Origin: an uncultured bacterium
Lineage (GTDB): Bacteria > AUK180
Direction: 5' to 3'
Assembly (NCBI GenBank): GCA_937863565.1
Contig: CALMGJ010000010.1
Coordinates: forward strand, 75,413-139,412
DNA: 64,000 bases
Part shown: in pieces, positions 50,347-59,064 of the stretch
Layout: every line of letters begins with the position of its first letter
Numbering within the stretch: the first letter of the stretch is position 1
Translations under genes and position numbers: made by a program
Notes under the pieces: generated by a model
The model's input: only the letters and a program-made list of their open reading frames with translations
The model's database searches: none
What the model was told of the DNA's origin: nothing

Positions 50347-51317
50347 ACACGAAGGAGATACTATCCCATCTCGGTTCGGGCGGGCTTACCGCATTCAATA
50401 CGGACACCGTTCCCGGGATCTTCGCCGCCTATAACGACCGCGCGGCCGCCGATAAGATCACGGCCCTGAAGAAGAGCGCTCGGGGAAGAACCTATCAGGT
50501 TTTCATATGCGATCTCGGCCAACTTGACCTTTTAGGCATTAAAAGCGGCAAGGAGGAAATTCGAAAATTCCTTCCGGGCAAATTCTCCGTGCTTCTTGAA
50601 ACGAAACTCAGAATGCCCCATATCGTAAAAGACGGCAAGATCTCGATCCGCATGATGTCTTCCGGTCTTTTGAAGAAGGTGCTCAACGAAAGGGGCCCTT
50701 TATTAGCGACATCGTTCAATGAATCGGGAAAGGCCTTCCCGAGGAATTACGGAAAATTCTCGAAAGAGATAATGATATGCGAGGATCTCAAGGTCATAAG
50801 CCGCTCGCCGTCCACGCTGATCGATATAAAAAAATACGGATACGACATTCTCCGCCCGGGTAGTGGCGATATCGGCGCAACAGGCGCGATGACTGTGATC
50901 GGGAGCGATCACGCCGGTCTTGAAATGAAAAGCGAAGTGAAGGAAACCCTTCATAAATATTCCATCATAGTCACTGATGTGGGAACATTCAACGGCGATT
51001 CCGTGGATTACCCGGACATTGCGCACATTGTCGGCAAAGCCGTTCAGAAAAAGAAATTCCCTTACGGGATACTCATCTGCGGCACCGGCATCGGCATGTC
51101 CATTGCAGTGAACAGGTTCAAAGGTGTGAGGGGCGCCCTGTGCCACAACGAGAATTTCGCCCGGCTGGCGCGGATGCACAATGACGCCAATGTTCTCGTT
51201 CTAAGCGGACGGTTCCTTGATAAAAAGATCCTGGACCCGCTCATCAGCACATTCTTCTTCACTTCTTTCGAAGCCGGAAGACATGCAGCGAGGATAAAAA
51301 AAATTGAAAAAGTATAA
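50343..51317 (+). CDS. Fusion protein: YrdC/Sua5/TsaC-like domain + ribose-5-phosphate isomerase B (RpiB/LacAB)
   Basis: N-terminus FNTDTVPGIFA…LLATSFNESGK (YrdC-like SANxSG-type motif). C-terminus MTVIGSDHAGLEMK…GILICGTGIGMSIAVNR (RpiB). No stop between the domains. Confidence 0.75.
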   Translation: MNTKEILSHLGSGGLTAFNTDTVPGIFAAYNDRAAADKITALKKSARGRTYQVFICDLGQLDLLGIKSGKEEIRKFLPGKFSVLLETKLRMPHIVKDGKISIRMMSSGLLKKVLNERGPLLATSFNESGKAFPRNYGKFSKEIMICEDLKVISRSPSTLIDIKKYGYDILRPGSGDIGATGAMTVIGSDHAGLEMKSEVKETLHKYSIIVTDVGTFNGDSVDYPDIAHIVGKAVQKKKFPYGILICGTGIGMSIAVNRFKGVRGALCHNENFARLARMHNDANVLVLSGRFLDKKILDPLISTFFFTSFEAGRHAARIKKIEKV

Positions 51318-51810
51318 TGCCGTTCTTCTTGTCTTGCTTCTTTTGACAGTTCCGGCGGGAGCTTTCGATATCACCGTTCATGCCGGTTATTGCGCGCCGC
51401 TTTTTTCATCGGCCGGCATCCTGAAAGGCGGATATTCGCTTTCCGCAAGCGTTCCCATCCAAGAGGGTGAGAGGACCGGCACCGTTCTTGAGTTCTTTCA
51501 GGATACGATGACTGTCAAGAACTTCCCGGAGATCAGTTTCAAGATGATCGGGATCACTGCCTCGTTCCGGTATTATTTTATGAGGGGGTTCTCATTCGAT
51601 CTGTACGGAGAGGCCGGTCTTTCCGCGCTTTCCGAGGAATTGAAAAGGGATGAGATGGTGAACGGGTACTTCTTTTTTGCCATCCCCCTGAGCGTGCAGA
51701 TCGAATATTTCTACACGGAAAAGGTGCACCTGATCGCGCGAAGCAGAACGGTCATAACGGATTCCGTATACTACACATGCTTATGCGCCGGGATAAAGGT
51801 GATGCTGTGA
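51304..51810 (+). CDS. Secreted hypothetical protein (beta-barrel-like)
   Basis: Signal peptide MKKYNAVLLVLLLLTVPAGA; alternating aromatic/Gly pattern; 168 aa. Confidence 0.5.
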   Translation: MKKYNAVLLVLLLLTVPAGAFDITVHAGYCAPLFSSAGILKGGYSLSASVPIQEGERTGTVLEFFQDTMTVKNFPEISFKMIGITASFRYYFMRGFSFDLYGEAGLSALSEELKRDEMVNGYFFFAIPLSVQIEYFYTEKVHLIARSRTVITDSVYYTCLCAGIKVML

Positions 51811-52367
51811 AAAAGCTCTTTCTCTCTGCCGTCATCGCCATTCTCATGTTCTCCTGCGGTTTCAATCCGCTGATCCCTTCATTGGATGAGCTTGATGGAG
51901 GCAAGGATTACTTCCCCTTCGATAAATACGGGCGGTGGAATTATGTCTCTTCCGCCGGGGATACCATGTCCGTCGTTATCACGGACAGCTTCGAATCCTC
52001 GGGTTCGACTATCTACAAAGTGAATGAAGTAACGGCATCGGAAACGGAGACCTACTATCTAACGAAAAAGGATGACGGCATCCATATATACATCTTGGGC
52101 ACTATCCAGGATTACATAAAATATCCGCTTGTAAATAATTTCAGCTGGGAGTATCAGATAGGTTTCTACAGAGTGCTGGCATTCGTTCTCGAGGACCCAG
52201 AGGCTTTCGGCGACTGGGACGATCCCAAACTCATCGAACTCGATTATTACGATATTACCAAGGAGAGCACATATCAGTTCTCATACTACTATTACTACGA
52301 AGCGGACGTCGGCCCGGTGCGGATTGAAAAGGAAAACAGGATCTATGACCTTCTGGATTACGAATGA
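51777..52367 (+). CDS. Secreted/lipoprotein hypothetical protein
   Basis: N-terminal hydrophobic segment with Cys (LMFSCGF); Tyr/Asp-rich; 196 aa. Confidence 0.5.
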   Translation: MLMRRDKGDAVKKLFLSAVIAILMFSCGFNPLIPSLDELDGGKDYFPFDKYGRWNYVSSAGDTMSVVITDSFESSGSTIYKVNEVTASETETYYLTKKDDGIHIYILGTIQDYIKYPLVNNFSWEYQIGFYRVLAFVLEDPEAFGDWDDPKLIELDYYDITKESTYQFSYYYYYEADVGPVRIEKENRIYDLLDYE

Positions 52368-53437
52368 AGAAGATAGACGAAGATTACATGTCGCTCGCCC
52401 TTGACCTGGCAAAAAAAGGCAAGAATCCGTCGCCTAATCCGATGGTAGGCTGCATTGTCATAAAAAACGGCAGGATAATCGGGAAAGGATATCATAAAAA
52501 AGCCGGCGGCCCCCATGCCGAGGTCTATGCGTTGAGGGAAGCGGGTGCCGACGCGAAAGGTTCCACCCTTTATGTAAATCTCGAACCGTGCGCCCATCAC
52601 GGGAAAACCCCGCCATGCTCGGAAGCCATCATTAAGGCCGGCGTGAAACGCGTTGTATCGGCGATGGTGGACCCGAACCCGCTTGTTTCGGGCAAGGGCC
52701 ACGCCGCTCTCAAAGCGTCCGGCATCGAGACCTCGACCGGCATACTTGAGGAAAAGGCCCGCGAACTGAATAAATTCTTCATTAAATATATCAAGACCGG
52801 CCTTCCTTTTGTGCTTCTAAAGGCCGCTATCTCTCTGGACGGCAAGATCGCCGTAAAAACGGGCGATTCGAAATGGATCTCGAACAGCGAAGCGAGAAAG
52901 AAGGTTCATATCTTAAGGAACCAGGTCGATGCCGTCCTTATAGGCCTGCATACTTTTCTCACCGACAACCCCCATCTTACCGTAAGGATCAAGAACGCGT
53001 CCCGCGAGCCGTACAAGATAATCCTTGCCGGGAAGAACCGCATCCAGAACCTGCATAAATCCAATCTCTATAAGGAGAACAGGGAGCGGCTCATCATCGT
53101 TCAGAACACAGATGCCGGCAATGAGGTTTACGAAGGCGATGTGCACAGGATCATTTCTCTGGACAGGAAGCATACGATGAAGGATGTCTGCGCCGCCTTA
53201 GGGAAGATGGAGATCACTTCTCTTTTAATTGAGGGTGGAGGAAGCGTATTCACGAAATTCATCGATGAGAATATCGTGGATGAGTATGTTTTTTTTATCG
53301 CACCTATCATAATAGGCAATGACGGGATACCGTTCTACAAGAATCAATCCGGGGAAGAGATCGGAAAAGCGATCGCTTTCAAGAGGATAAACGGCGCTTT
53401 TGTGAACGGGAACGTGTACATGGAGCTGAAAAGATGA
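52364..53437 (+). CDS. ribD: Riboflavin biosynthesis bifunctional deaminase/reductase
   Basis: Deaminase motifs HAEVYAL…CAHHGKTPPC; C-terminal reductase domain; 357 aa. Confidence 0.92.
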   Translation: MKKIDEDYMSLALDLAKKGKNPSPNPMVGCIVIKNGRIIGKGYHKKAGGPHAEVYALREAGADAKGSTLYVNLEPCAHHGKTPPCSEAIIKAGVKRVVSAMVDPNPLVSGKGHAALKASGIETSTGILEEKARELNKFFIKYIKTGLPFVLLKAAISLDGKIAVKTGDSKWISNSEARKKVHILRNQVDAVLIGLHTFLTDNPHLTVRIKNASREPYKIILAGKNRIQNLHKSNLYKENRERLIIVQNTDAGNEVYEGDVHRIISLDRKHTMKDVCAALGKMEITSLLIEGGGSVFTKFIDENIVDEYVFFIAPIIIGNDGIPFYKNQSGEEIGKAIAFKRINGAFVNGNVYMELKR

Positions 53438-54363
53438 AAAGCATTATGGTAACGGGCGGTGCCGGTTTCATCGGTTCACATATTGCCGAACGTCTTGAAA
53501 ATGACGGGTACAAGGTTATCGTCGTAGATAATTTTTCCACCGGGAAAAGGGAGAATTTAAAGAATTTCAGCGGGATCATCATCGAATCGAACATCAGCGC
53601 GCCCGATGCCATGTTAGAGATAATGAAGAAATACAAGATCGAGTATATCTGTCATCAGGCGGCGATCCCTTCGGTAAAAAAGTCGGTCGAAGCGCCGTAT
53701 CCCAATATGATGAACAATATCAATTCTACGATGACGCTGTATGAGGCGGCCCGGAAATACGGCAAGATAAAAAAGATCGTTGCCGCATCCTCATCATCGG
53801 TATACGGGGAATCGCTTAAACTCCCAAAGGAAGAGAGCGATCCCGTCAATCCGATATCCCCGTATGCGCTTTCGAAATATTTTACGGAGAACTTGACGGT
53901 GATCTATGATAAGCTCTACGGGATCCCTTCTGTCGCTCTGCGGTATTTCAATGTATTCGGCCCCCGTCAGGACCCGGGCAGTCCGTATTCGGCGGTGATA
54001 GCGAAATTCATCTCGAATACGCTTAAAGGCAGAACGATCGAAATATACGGAGATGGAGAGCAGACCAGGGATTTCACCTATATAGAGAATGTCGTATCTG
54101 CCAATCTTCTGTCTCTTTTCTCCGAGGCAAGCGGCGTATTCAATATAGCATGCGGGAGCAGGATCTCTTTGAATGCTCTTGTAGAATTGATCTTCCGTGT
54201 TACCGGCGCCGAAGTGGCTTTGAAAAATAAAGAAGAGAGAAAGGGCGATATAAAGCATTCTCTTTCTTCCGTGGAAAAAGCAAAAACCGAACTTAAGTAT
54301 GAACCTTCCGTATCTGTAGAGGAAGGCATCAGAAGAACGGTAGATTTCTACAAGAATGCATAA
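53434..54363 (+). CDS. NAD-dependent epimerase/dehydratase (GalE-like)
   Basis: VTGGAGFIGSH Rossmann motif, YxxxK (YALSKY); 309 aa. Confidence 0.85.
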   Translation: MKSIMVTGGAGFIGSHIAERLENDGYKVIVVDNFSTGKRENLKNFSGIIIESNISAPDAMLEIMKKYKIEYICHQAAIPSVKKSVEAPYPNMMNNINSTMTLYEAARKYGKIKKIVAASSSSVYGESLKLPKEESDPVNPISPYALSKYFTENLTVIYDKLYGIPSVALRYFNVFGPRQDPGSPYSAVIAKFISNTLKGRTIEIYGDGEQTRDFTYIENVVSANLLSLFSEASGVFNIACGSRISLNALVELIFRVTGAEVALKNKEERKGDIKHSLSSVEKAKTELKYEPSVSVEEGIRRTVDFYKNA

Positions 54364-55021
54364 TATCGCGCTTCTCACCGATTTCGGTACGGCGGACGGC
54401 TATGACGCTCAACTCAAAGCGGTGATCCACTCCGGACTTCCCGGCAAAGTGCTCCTGACAGATATCACTCATTCCGTACCTCATGGCAATATCGGGTTCG
54501 GGTCTTTCGTTCTCAAGAATTCCTACGGCGTATTTCCGCCCGGCACTGTTTTCTTTTCCGTTGTGGACCCCGGCGTCGGAAGCGCCCGCTCCGTCATTTT
54601 TGCCCGTTCCGGAGGCTATTTTTTCCTGGGGCCGGATAACGGGCTTATGGACTGGGCCCTTTCAGAACATCCGTCCGGCGTATTTGAAGTGAAGAAGAAG
54701 ATGCGGTCCACCTTCGAAGCAAGGGATGTCATGGCGCCTTTTCTGGTGTCCGTTCTGAGCGGGAAGATAAAGCCCGTATTCAAAAAACGGCCGTTCCGTG
54801 GCCCGCGTATCATCACGGACCCGTCGGGCGCGGAGGGGTATTCGATCGTTTATAAAGACCATTTCGGGAATCTCATCACGAACATATCCGCAGAGACGGA
54901 ACTCAAATCTCTCGTTTACAAAAGTAAAAAGATCTATCCCGCGGGATGCTATGCGGAAAAAACCCCGGATAAACGCCTTGTCAAAGGGTCATCGGGGTTC
55001 TGGGAGATCGCAGCGCTCTGA
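54356..55021 (+). CDS. SAM hydroxide adenosyltransferase (DUF62; fluorinase/chlorinase-related)
   Basis: IALLTDFGTADGYDAQLKAVIHS N-terminus typical of DUF62; 221 aa, somewhat short. Confidence 0.7.
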   Translation: MHNIALLTDFGTADGYDAQLKAVIHSGLPGKVLLTDITHSVPHGNIGFGSFVLKNSYGVFPPGTVFFSVVDPGVGSARSVIFARSGGYFFLGPDNGLMDWALSEHPSGVFEVKKKMRSTFEARDVMAPFLVSVLSGKIKPVFKKRPFRGPRIITDPSGAEGYSIVYKDHFGNLITNISAETELKSLVYKSKKIYPAGCYAEKTPDKRLVKGSSGFWEIAAL

Positions 55022-55096
55022 GCGCAAGCTCTCTTGTGAACATCCCTCTATCTTAAAAAGATCTGTTATTAACGGCAAGATATAAACCGGGTACCG

Positions 55097-56326
55097 TCAC
55101 GGCTTCCGGAAAACATTGATTAGAAAACCGCTTCTCAGTTTCGGCTCGAACCAGGTGGATTTCGGAGGCATCACCTGTCCCGCGTCCGCTATCCCGATGA
55201 GTTCTCCTATCGATGTCGGGAACATCGAGAATGCTACGGCGAACTCTCCCGAAGCCACTCTTTTTTCGAGCTCTCCGGTACCTCTGATCCCGCCCACGAA
55301 ATCGATCCTTTTATCCGTTTTAGGGTCCTTGATCCCGAGAACGGGATCGAGTATGCTGTTCTGGACGATATAGGAATCGAGTTTTTTAACGGGGTCCTTC
55401 TCCTCAATGAATGCCTTCTTCGCAATTAAAAGGTGCCATTTTCCGTCAAGGAACATTCCGAACTGATGCCTTTTGCGGGGCCTGCCTTTCCAGGCCTGTT
55501 TCATTTCTCCGATGGTGAACCGTTCACCGAGCTTTTCGATGAACTGGTCTTTGGTAAGTCCGTTCAGATCCTTCACAAGGCGGTTGTAATCGAGGATATT
55601 GAGCTCTTTATCCGGGAAGAACACGGCGAGGAAATGCTCCGTTTCGGGAGTTTTCATATCGCGGTATGTCTGGGCTGCCGCCTCGCTTCTGTGATGTCCG
55701 TCCGCGATGTACAGCGCATCGAGTTTGCCGAATTCCGCCACGATCTTTTCGATCAGGGTTTCGTCCTCTATCTTCCAGACCTTGTGCGTGATCTTGTCCG
55801 TGAATGTCACATCATAAAGAGGTTCGCCCTTCTGGACCTTCTTCACCATCGAAGAAACGGCATTACTCTTCTTGTAGGTAAGAAAGACCGGCCCGGCATT
55901 CGCTCCGGTGGTTTTAACATGCTTTGTTCTGTCGACCACCTTTTTTGTCAACGTGTGTTCGTGCTTTTTGATCTTGCCTTCATCGTACTCCTTTGCCGAA
56001 GCGAGTCCCACGATCCCGCTTTGAAAATGATCGCCCATCTTCTGGCTGTATATGTAAAGGCAGGGTTTATCCTCCTCGATCAGGTTTTTAGCGTCTATGA
56101 GCTTTTTGAAGTTCTCCAGGGCTTTTTTATATACTTCCTCACTGTACAGGTCGGTCCCTTCGGGCAGGTCGATCTCCGGTTTTACAACATGTAAAAATGA
56201 GAAGGGATTGTCTTTGGCGATCTCCTTCGCCTCACGGGAGTTGACGACATCATAGGGGAAGGAAGGGATCTTGTCCTCGTACCCTTTTGCAGGTCTGAAG
56301 GCTCTAAAAGGTCTGATAATAGACAT
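55097..56326 (-). CDS. DUF1015-domain protein
   Basis: MSIIRPFRAFRP…FPYDVV N-terminus typical of DUF1015. Preferred start is 56326 with GAGGT RBS (ORF tracker 56341). Confidence 0.8.
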   Translation of the reverse strand: MSIIRPFRAFRPAKGYEDKIPSFPYDVVNSREAKEIAKDNPFSFLHVVKPEIDLPEGTDLYSEEVYKKALENFKKLIDAKNLIEEDKPCLYIYSQKMGDHFQSGIVGLASAKEYDEGKIKKHEHTLTKKVVDRTKHVKTTGANAGPVFLTYKKSNAVSSMVKKVQKGEPLYDVTFTDKITHKVWKIEDETLIEKIVAEFGKLDALYIADGHHRSEAAAQTYRDMKTPETEHFLAVFFPDKELNILDYNRLVKDLNGLTKDQFIEKLGERFTIGEMKQAWKGRPRKRHQFGMFLDGKWHLLIAKKAFIEEKDPVKKLDSYIVQNSILDPVLGIKDPKTDKRIDFVGGIRGTGELEKRVASGEFAVAFSMFPTSIGELIGIADAGQVMPPKSTWFEPKLRSGFLINVFRKP

Positions 56327-56455
56327 GGCAATACCTCGCATGAAAATTTTTATTGATTATATAACATTATTTTTTAAAGTCAAGCGAAGAATGGTCCCCG
56401 TGATACGGGAAATGGGAAGGCATTCCATTTTCTAAAAAAAAATTATAAAAAATAC

Positions 56456-56484
56456 TTGACATTTGCACATATGTGCGTTATAAT
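56456..56484 (+). promoter_or_regulatory. Consensus sigma70 promoter (TTGACA-17-TATAAT) with embedded perfect 12-bp palindrome GCACATATGTGC (candidate operator)
   Basis: TTGACA 56456–56461; palindrome 56465–56476 within the spacer; TATAAT 56479–56484. Confidence 0.75.
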
Positions 56485-56512
56485 ATAGTGAGGTTATGAA
56501 CATAGGTGCAAT

Positions 56513-56965
56513 ATGCCAAGACCAAGGAACTGCAGGAACATCAAAGGACCGCCTCTTATTTCCGCCTTTAAACCGGTAGGAACACCCGCGCGGTGTCTGA
56601 AGAGCGTAACCATAAGTTTAGATGAATTCGAAGCTATCAGACTTGCCGATCATGAAGGACTGGAACATGAGGAAGCTTCAAAACTGCTCGGTATCTCACG
56701 TTCGGTATTCACGCGTCTGGTTGAGAAAGCGAGGCAAAAGATAGCCGATGCCCTGATCAATGGTTGCGCTATCATAATAGAGGGCGGCGATTATCATTTT
56801 CAGTGTGATTATTACAGGTGTTTGAAATGTTTTGCGGTCATAGAAAGATCATTTTCGGAAAACCCGCCGGTCAATTGCCCGAACTGCGGTTCAGAGGATA
56901 TCAAACATCTCAATGAACATTACGGCGGAAGAGGGCACTGCCGAAGACATGGCGGGAATATTTAA
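56513..56965 (+). CDS. DUF134 (UPF0251) predicted DNA-binding protein
   Basis: N-terminus MPRPRNCRNIKGPPLISAFKPVG…, central helix-turn-helix-like region, C-terminal Cys cluster CPNCGS…H; 150 aa. Confidence 0.75.
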   Translation: MPRPRNCRNIKGPPLISAFKPVGTPARCLKSVTISLDEFEAIRLADHEGLEHEEASKLLGISRSVFTRLVEKARQKIADALINGCAIIIEGGDYHFQCDYYRCLKCFAVIERSFSENPPVNCPNCGSEDIKHLNEHYGGRGHCRRHGGNI

Positions 56966-56977
56966 TAGGAGGTTATC

Positions 56978-57325
56978 ATGCCTGGTATGAACGGAACTGG
57001 GCCCCTCGGAGAGGGATCGATGACAGGAAGAGCAATGGGCCGCTGCAATCCTTCGGCGAACAATGGAACGCCTTTGGGTAATTTTTTTGGCAGACTCGGT
57101 CTCGGAAGACGCTTCGGCTTCGGCCGCGGTTTCGGCTTCGGCCGCGGTATTGGCTTTGGCCGCGGTTGCGGCTATGGACGCGGTTTCGGCTATGCAGCGC
57201 GGGGATTTTTCCCATATGCTCCGGATGCAAAAAGCGAACTCGAATCCCTGAAAGCGGAAAAGAAACTACTTGAGGAAGAGATCAAACGATTGGAAGCGGC
57301 TGAAAGCGGTCCGGAAAACAAATAA
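56978..57325 (+). CDS. Gly/Arg/Phe-repeat coiled-coil protein (DUF5320-like)
   Basis: N-terminus MPGMNGTGPLG…MTGRAMGRC; (F/Y)G(F/Y)GRG repeats; C-terminal coiled coil LESLKAEKKLLEEEIKRLEAAE; 115 aa. Confidence 0.7.
   Translation: MPGMNGTGPLGEGSMTGRAMGRCNPSANNGTPLGNFFGRLGLGRRFGFGRGFGFGRGIGFGRGCGYGRGFGYAARGFFPYAPDAKSELESLKAEKKLLEEEIKRLEAAESGPENK
57101..57190 (+). repeat. About 18-bp tandem DNA repeat (ttcggcttcggccgcggt-like, about 5 imperfect copies) encoding the GFGRG units
   Basis: Direct repeats visible in sequence 57101–57190. Confidence 0.7.
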
Positions 57326-58171
57326 TTGAAGATCGCTTTTGCAAGCGGGAAGGGCGGCACCGGCAAGACCGCCCTTTCCGTCAATTTCGCATTATTCTGC
57401 GCGGAAGAGGAACACACGCTTCTTTTGGACCTTGATGTTGAGGAACCGGATGTCCTCAATTTCATTCCACGAGCGGAAATGCTCAATAAAAGAGAGATCA
57501 GCGTCAGGATCCCCGATATTGACAAAGAAAAATGCGACCTTTGCGGCAATTGCGTTAAAGCGTGCAATTTCAATGCGCTGCTTCTTTCAAGAGAAGAGGT
57601 GAAGATCTTCCCCCAGCTTTGCAAGAACTGTTTGGCCTGCGCCGATGTCTGTCCGCGGGATGCCGTTACATTCAAAGAGAAAAGGATAGGAGAGGTCAGC
57701 TCTTTCGGAAGCGACCGGCTCGACCTGATCGAGGGCAGGCTCGATATCGGCGACATACACACCAAAACAATGATCTCGGAAGCAAAAAGATCGGTTTTTA
57801 AAGAATACGATACCGTTATATACGATTGCCCGCCGGGCACCACCTGCCCTATGGTGGAAGCTGTGGTTGACGCGGATTATGCCGCGCTTGTGGCGGAACC
57901 CACTTTGTTCGGCCTTTGCGATCTGGAACTGGCCGTTTCGGCATTGCAGAAAATGAAAAAACCATTCGGCATCATTATCAATAAATCGGAAGAGAATAAC
58001 GATATTATTAAAAAATACTGCATGGATAACGGCATTGTGATACTTGCGGACATCCCTTTTGACGAAGAGGTCTTCAAAAGATACGCGGAGGGGAGGGACC
58101 TGGTAAGTCTGAAATGGTACAAAGGCAAGATGGCCCAGCTCCGACTCAATATAATGAAGGCTGCCCGATGA
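57326..58171 (+). CDS. MinD/Mrp-family P-loop ATPase with inserted 2×[4Fe-4S] ferredoxin domain (copy 1)
   Basis: Deviant Walker A ASGKGGTGKT; CDLCGNCVKAC and CKNCLACADVCP motifs; TTG start right after the upstream stop. Confidence 0.85.
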   Translation: MKIAFASGKGGTGKTALSVNFALFCAEEEHTLLLDLDVEEPDVLNFIPRAEMLNKREISVRIPDIDKEKCDLCGNCVKACNFNALLLSREEVKIFPQLCKNCLACADVCPRDAVTFKEKRIGEVSSFGSDRLDLIEGRLDIGDIHTKTMISEAKRSVFKEYDTVIYDCPPGTTCPMVEAVVDADYAALVAEPTLFGLCDLELAVSALQKMKKPFGIIINKSEENNDIIKKYCMDNGIVILADIPFDEEVFKRYAEGRDLVSLKWYKGKMAQLRLNIMKAAR

Positions 58172-59064
58172 AACAGATAGCTTTCGCAAGCGGAAAAGGC
58201 GGAGCGGGAAAAACCACCCTTTCCGCGGCTTTCTTCGATCATGTGGCAAGCATGTCCGTATTTGCGGATTGCGATGTTGATGCTTCGGACGCCTTCATCC
58301 TTCTGGAGAAGAGGACCCTTTCATCGGAACCTTTCGAATCCGGGTATAAATACGAAATAGAACAGGATAAATGCACTTCCTGCGGCATATGTCGGGAAAA
58401 ATGCGTTTTCGGAGCGATAAAGATAGAGAACGGGAAATATCTTATAGACCTTTTTAAATGCGAGGGCTGCGGGAGATGCGCTTTGGCTTGTCCGGCCGCC
58501 GCCATAAAGAAAGAAAAGAACTACTGCGGGGATATCTTCAATGCCGAAACACACGGCGGTCATCCGATGGCATATGCCCGGTTTTTCCCCGCGGAAGACA
58601 ATTCGGGTAAACTGGCAAGTAAAGTGAGGATGCGCGCCGTAGCGCAAATGATAAAGGAGAAACGGTCCCTCATCGTGATAGATTCGCCGCCGGGCACCGG
58701 CTGTCCCCTTACTGCGAGCATCACCGGCATTGACTTTCTTGTGGTTGTGATAGAATGTACGATGTCCGGCTTTTCTGATGCGCAGCGTCTCATAGAGCTT
58801 GCAGAGAAGATGAAGATCCCCGTGATGGCAGTATTGAACAAAACAGGCCCGGATGATCTTACTCTTGAAAAAGCCAAAAGGATGCTTGCAGAAAAAGGCA
58901 TTCCCCTTGCGGGCAAGATACCTTTCACAAAAGAGGTGAGCAGTCTTATAAATAGAAAAAAACTCATAACGGATACGGCAGACCCCGCATTGAAGACCGT
59001 TATCGAAAGGATATTTGCCGAGATCTGCCGTTTATCGGGAATAGAAAAAAGGAGTGAAATATGA
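58168..59064 (+). CDS. MinD/Mrp-family P-loop ATPase with inserted 2×[4Fe-4S] ferredoxin domain (copy 2)
   Basis: ASGKGGAGKT; CTSCGICREKC and CEGCGRCALACP. Preferred start is ATG 58168 in ATGA overlap (ORF tracker 58114). Confidence 0.85.
   Translation: MKQIAFASGKGGAGKTTLSAAFFDHVASMSVFADCDVDASDAFILLEKRTLSSEPFESGYKYEIEQDKCTSCGICREKCVFGAIKIENGKYLIDLFKCEGCGRCALACPAAAIKKEKNYCGDIFNAETHGGHPMAYARFFPAEDNSGKLASKVRMRAVAQMIKEKRSLIVIDSPPGTGCPLTASITGIDFLVVVIECTMSGFSDAQRLIELAEKMKIPVMAVLNKTGPDDLTLEKAKRMLAEKGIPLAGKIPFTKEVSSLINRKKLITDTADPALKTVIERIFAEICRLSGIEKRSEI

Noticed and set aside
57101-57190. Possible CRISPR-like or minisatellite repeat
   Set aside because: The repeats are contiguous (no spacers), about 18 bp, and in frame within a CDS. 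They encode the GFGRG protein repeats and are not a CRISPR array.
57587-58249. 220-aa minus-strand ORF across the two Fe–S ATPase genes
   Set aside because: Antisense to genes with unmistakable Walker A and ferredoxin motifs.
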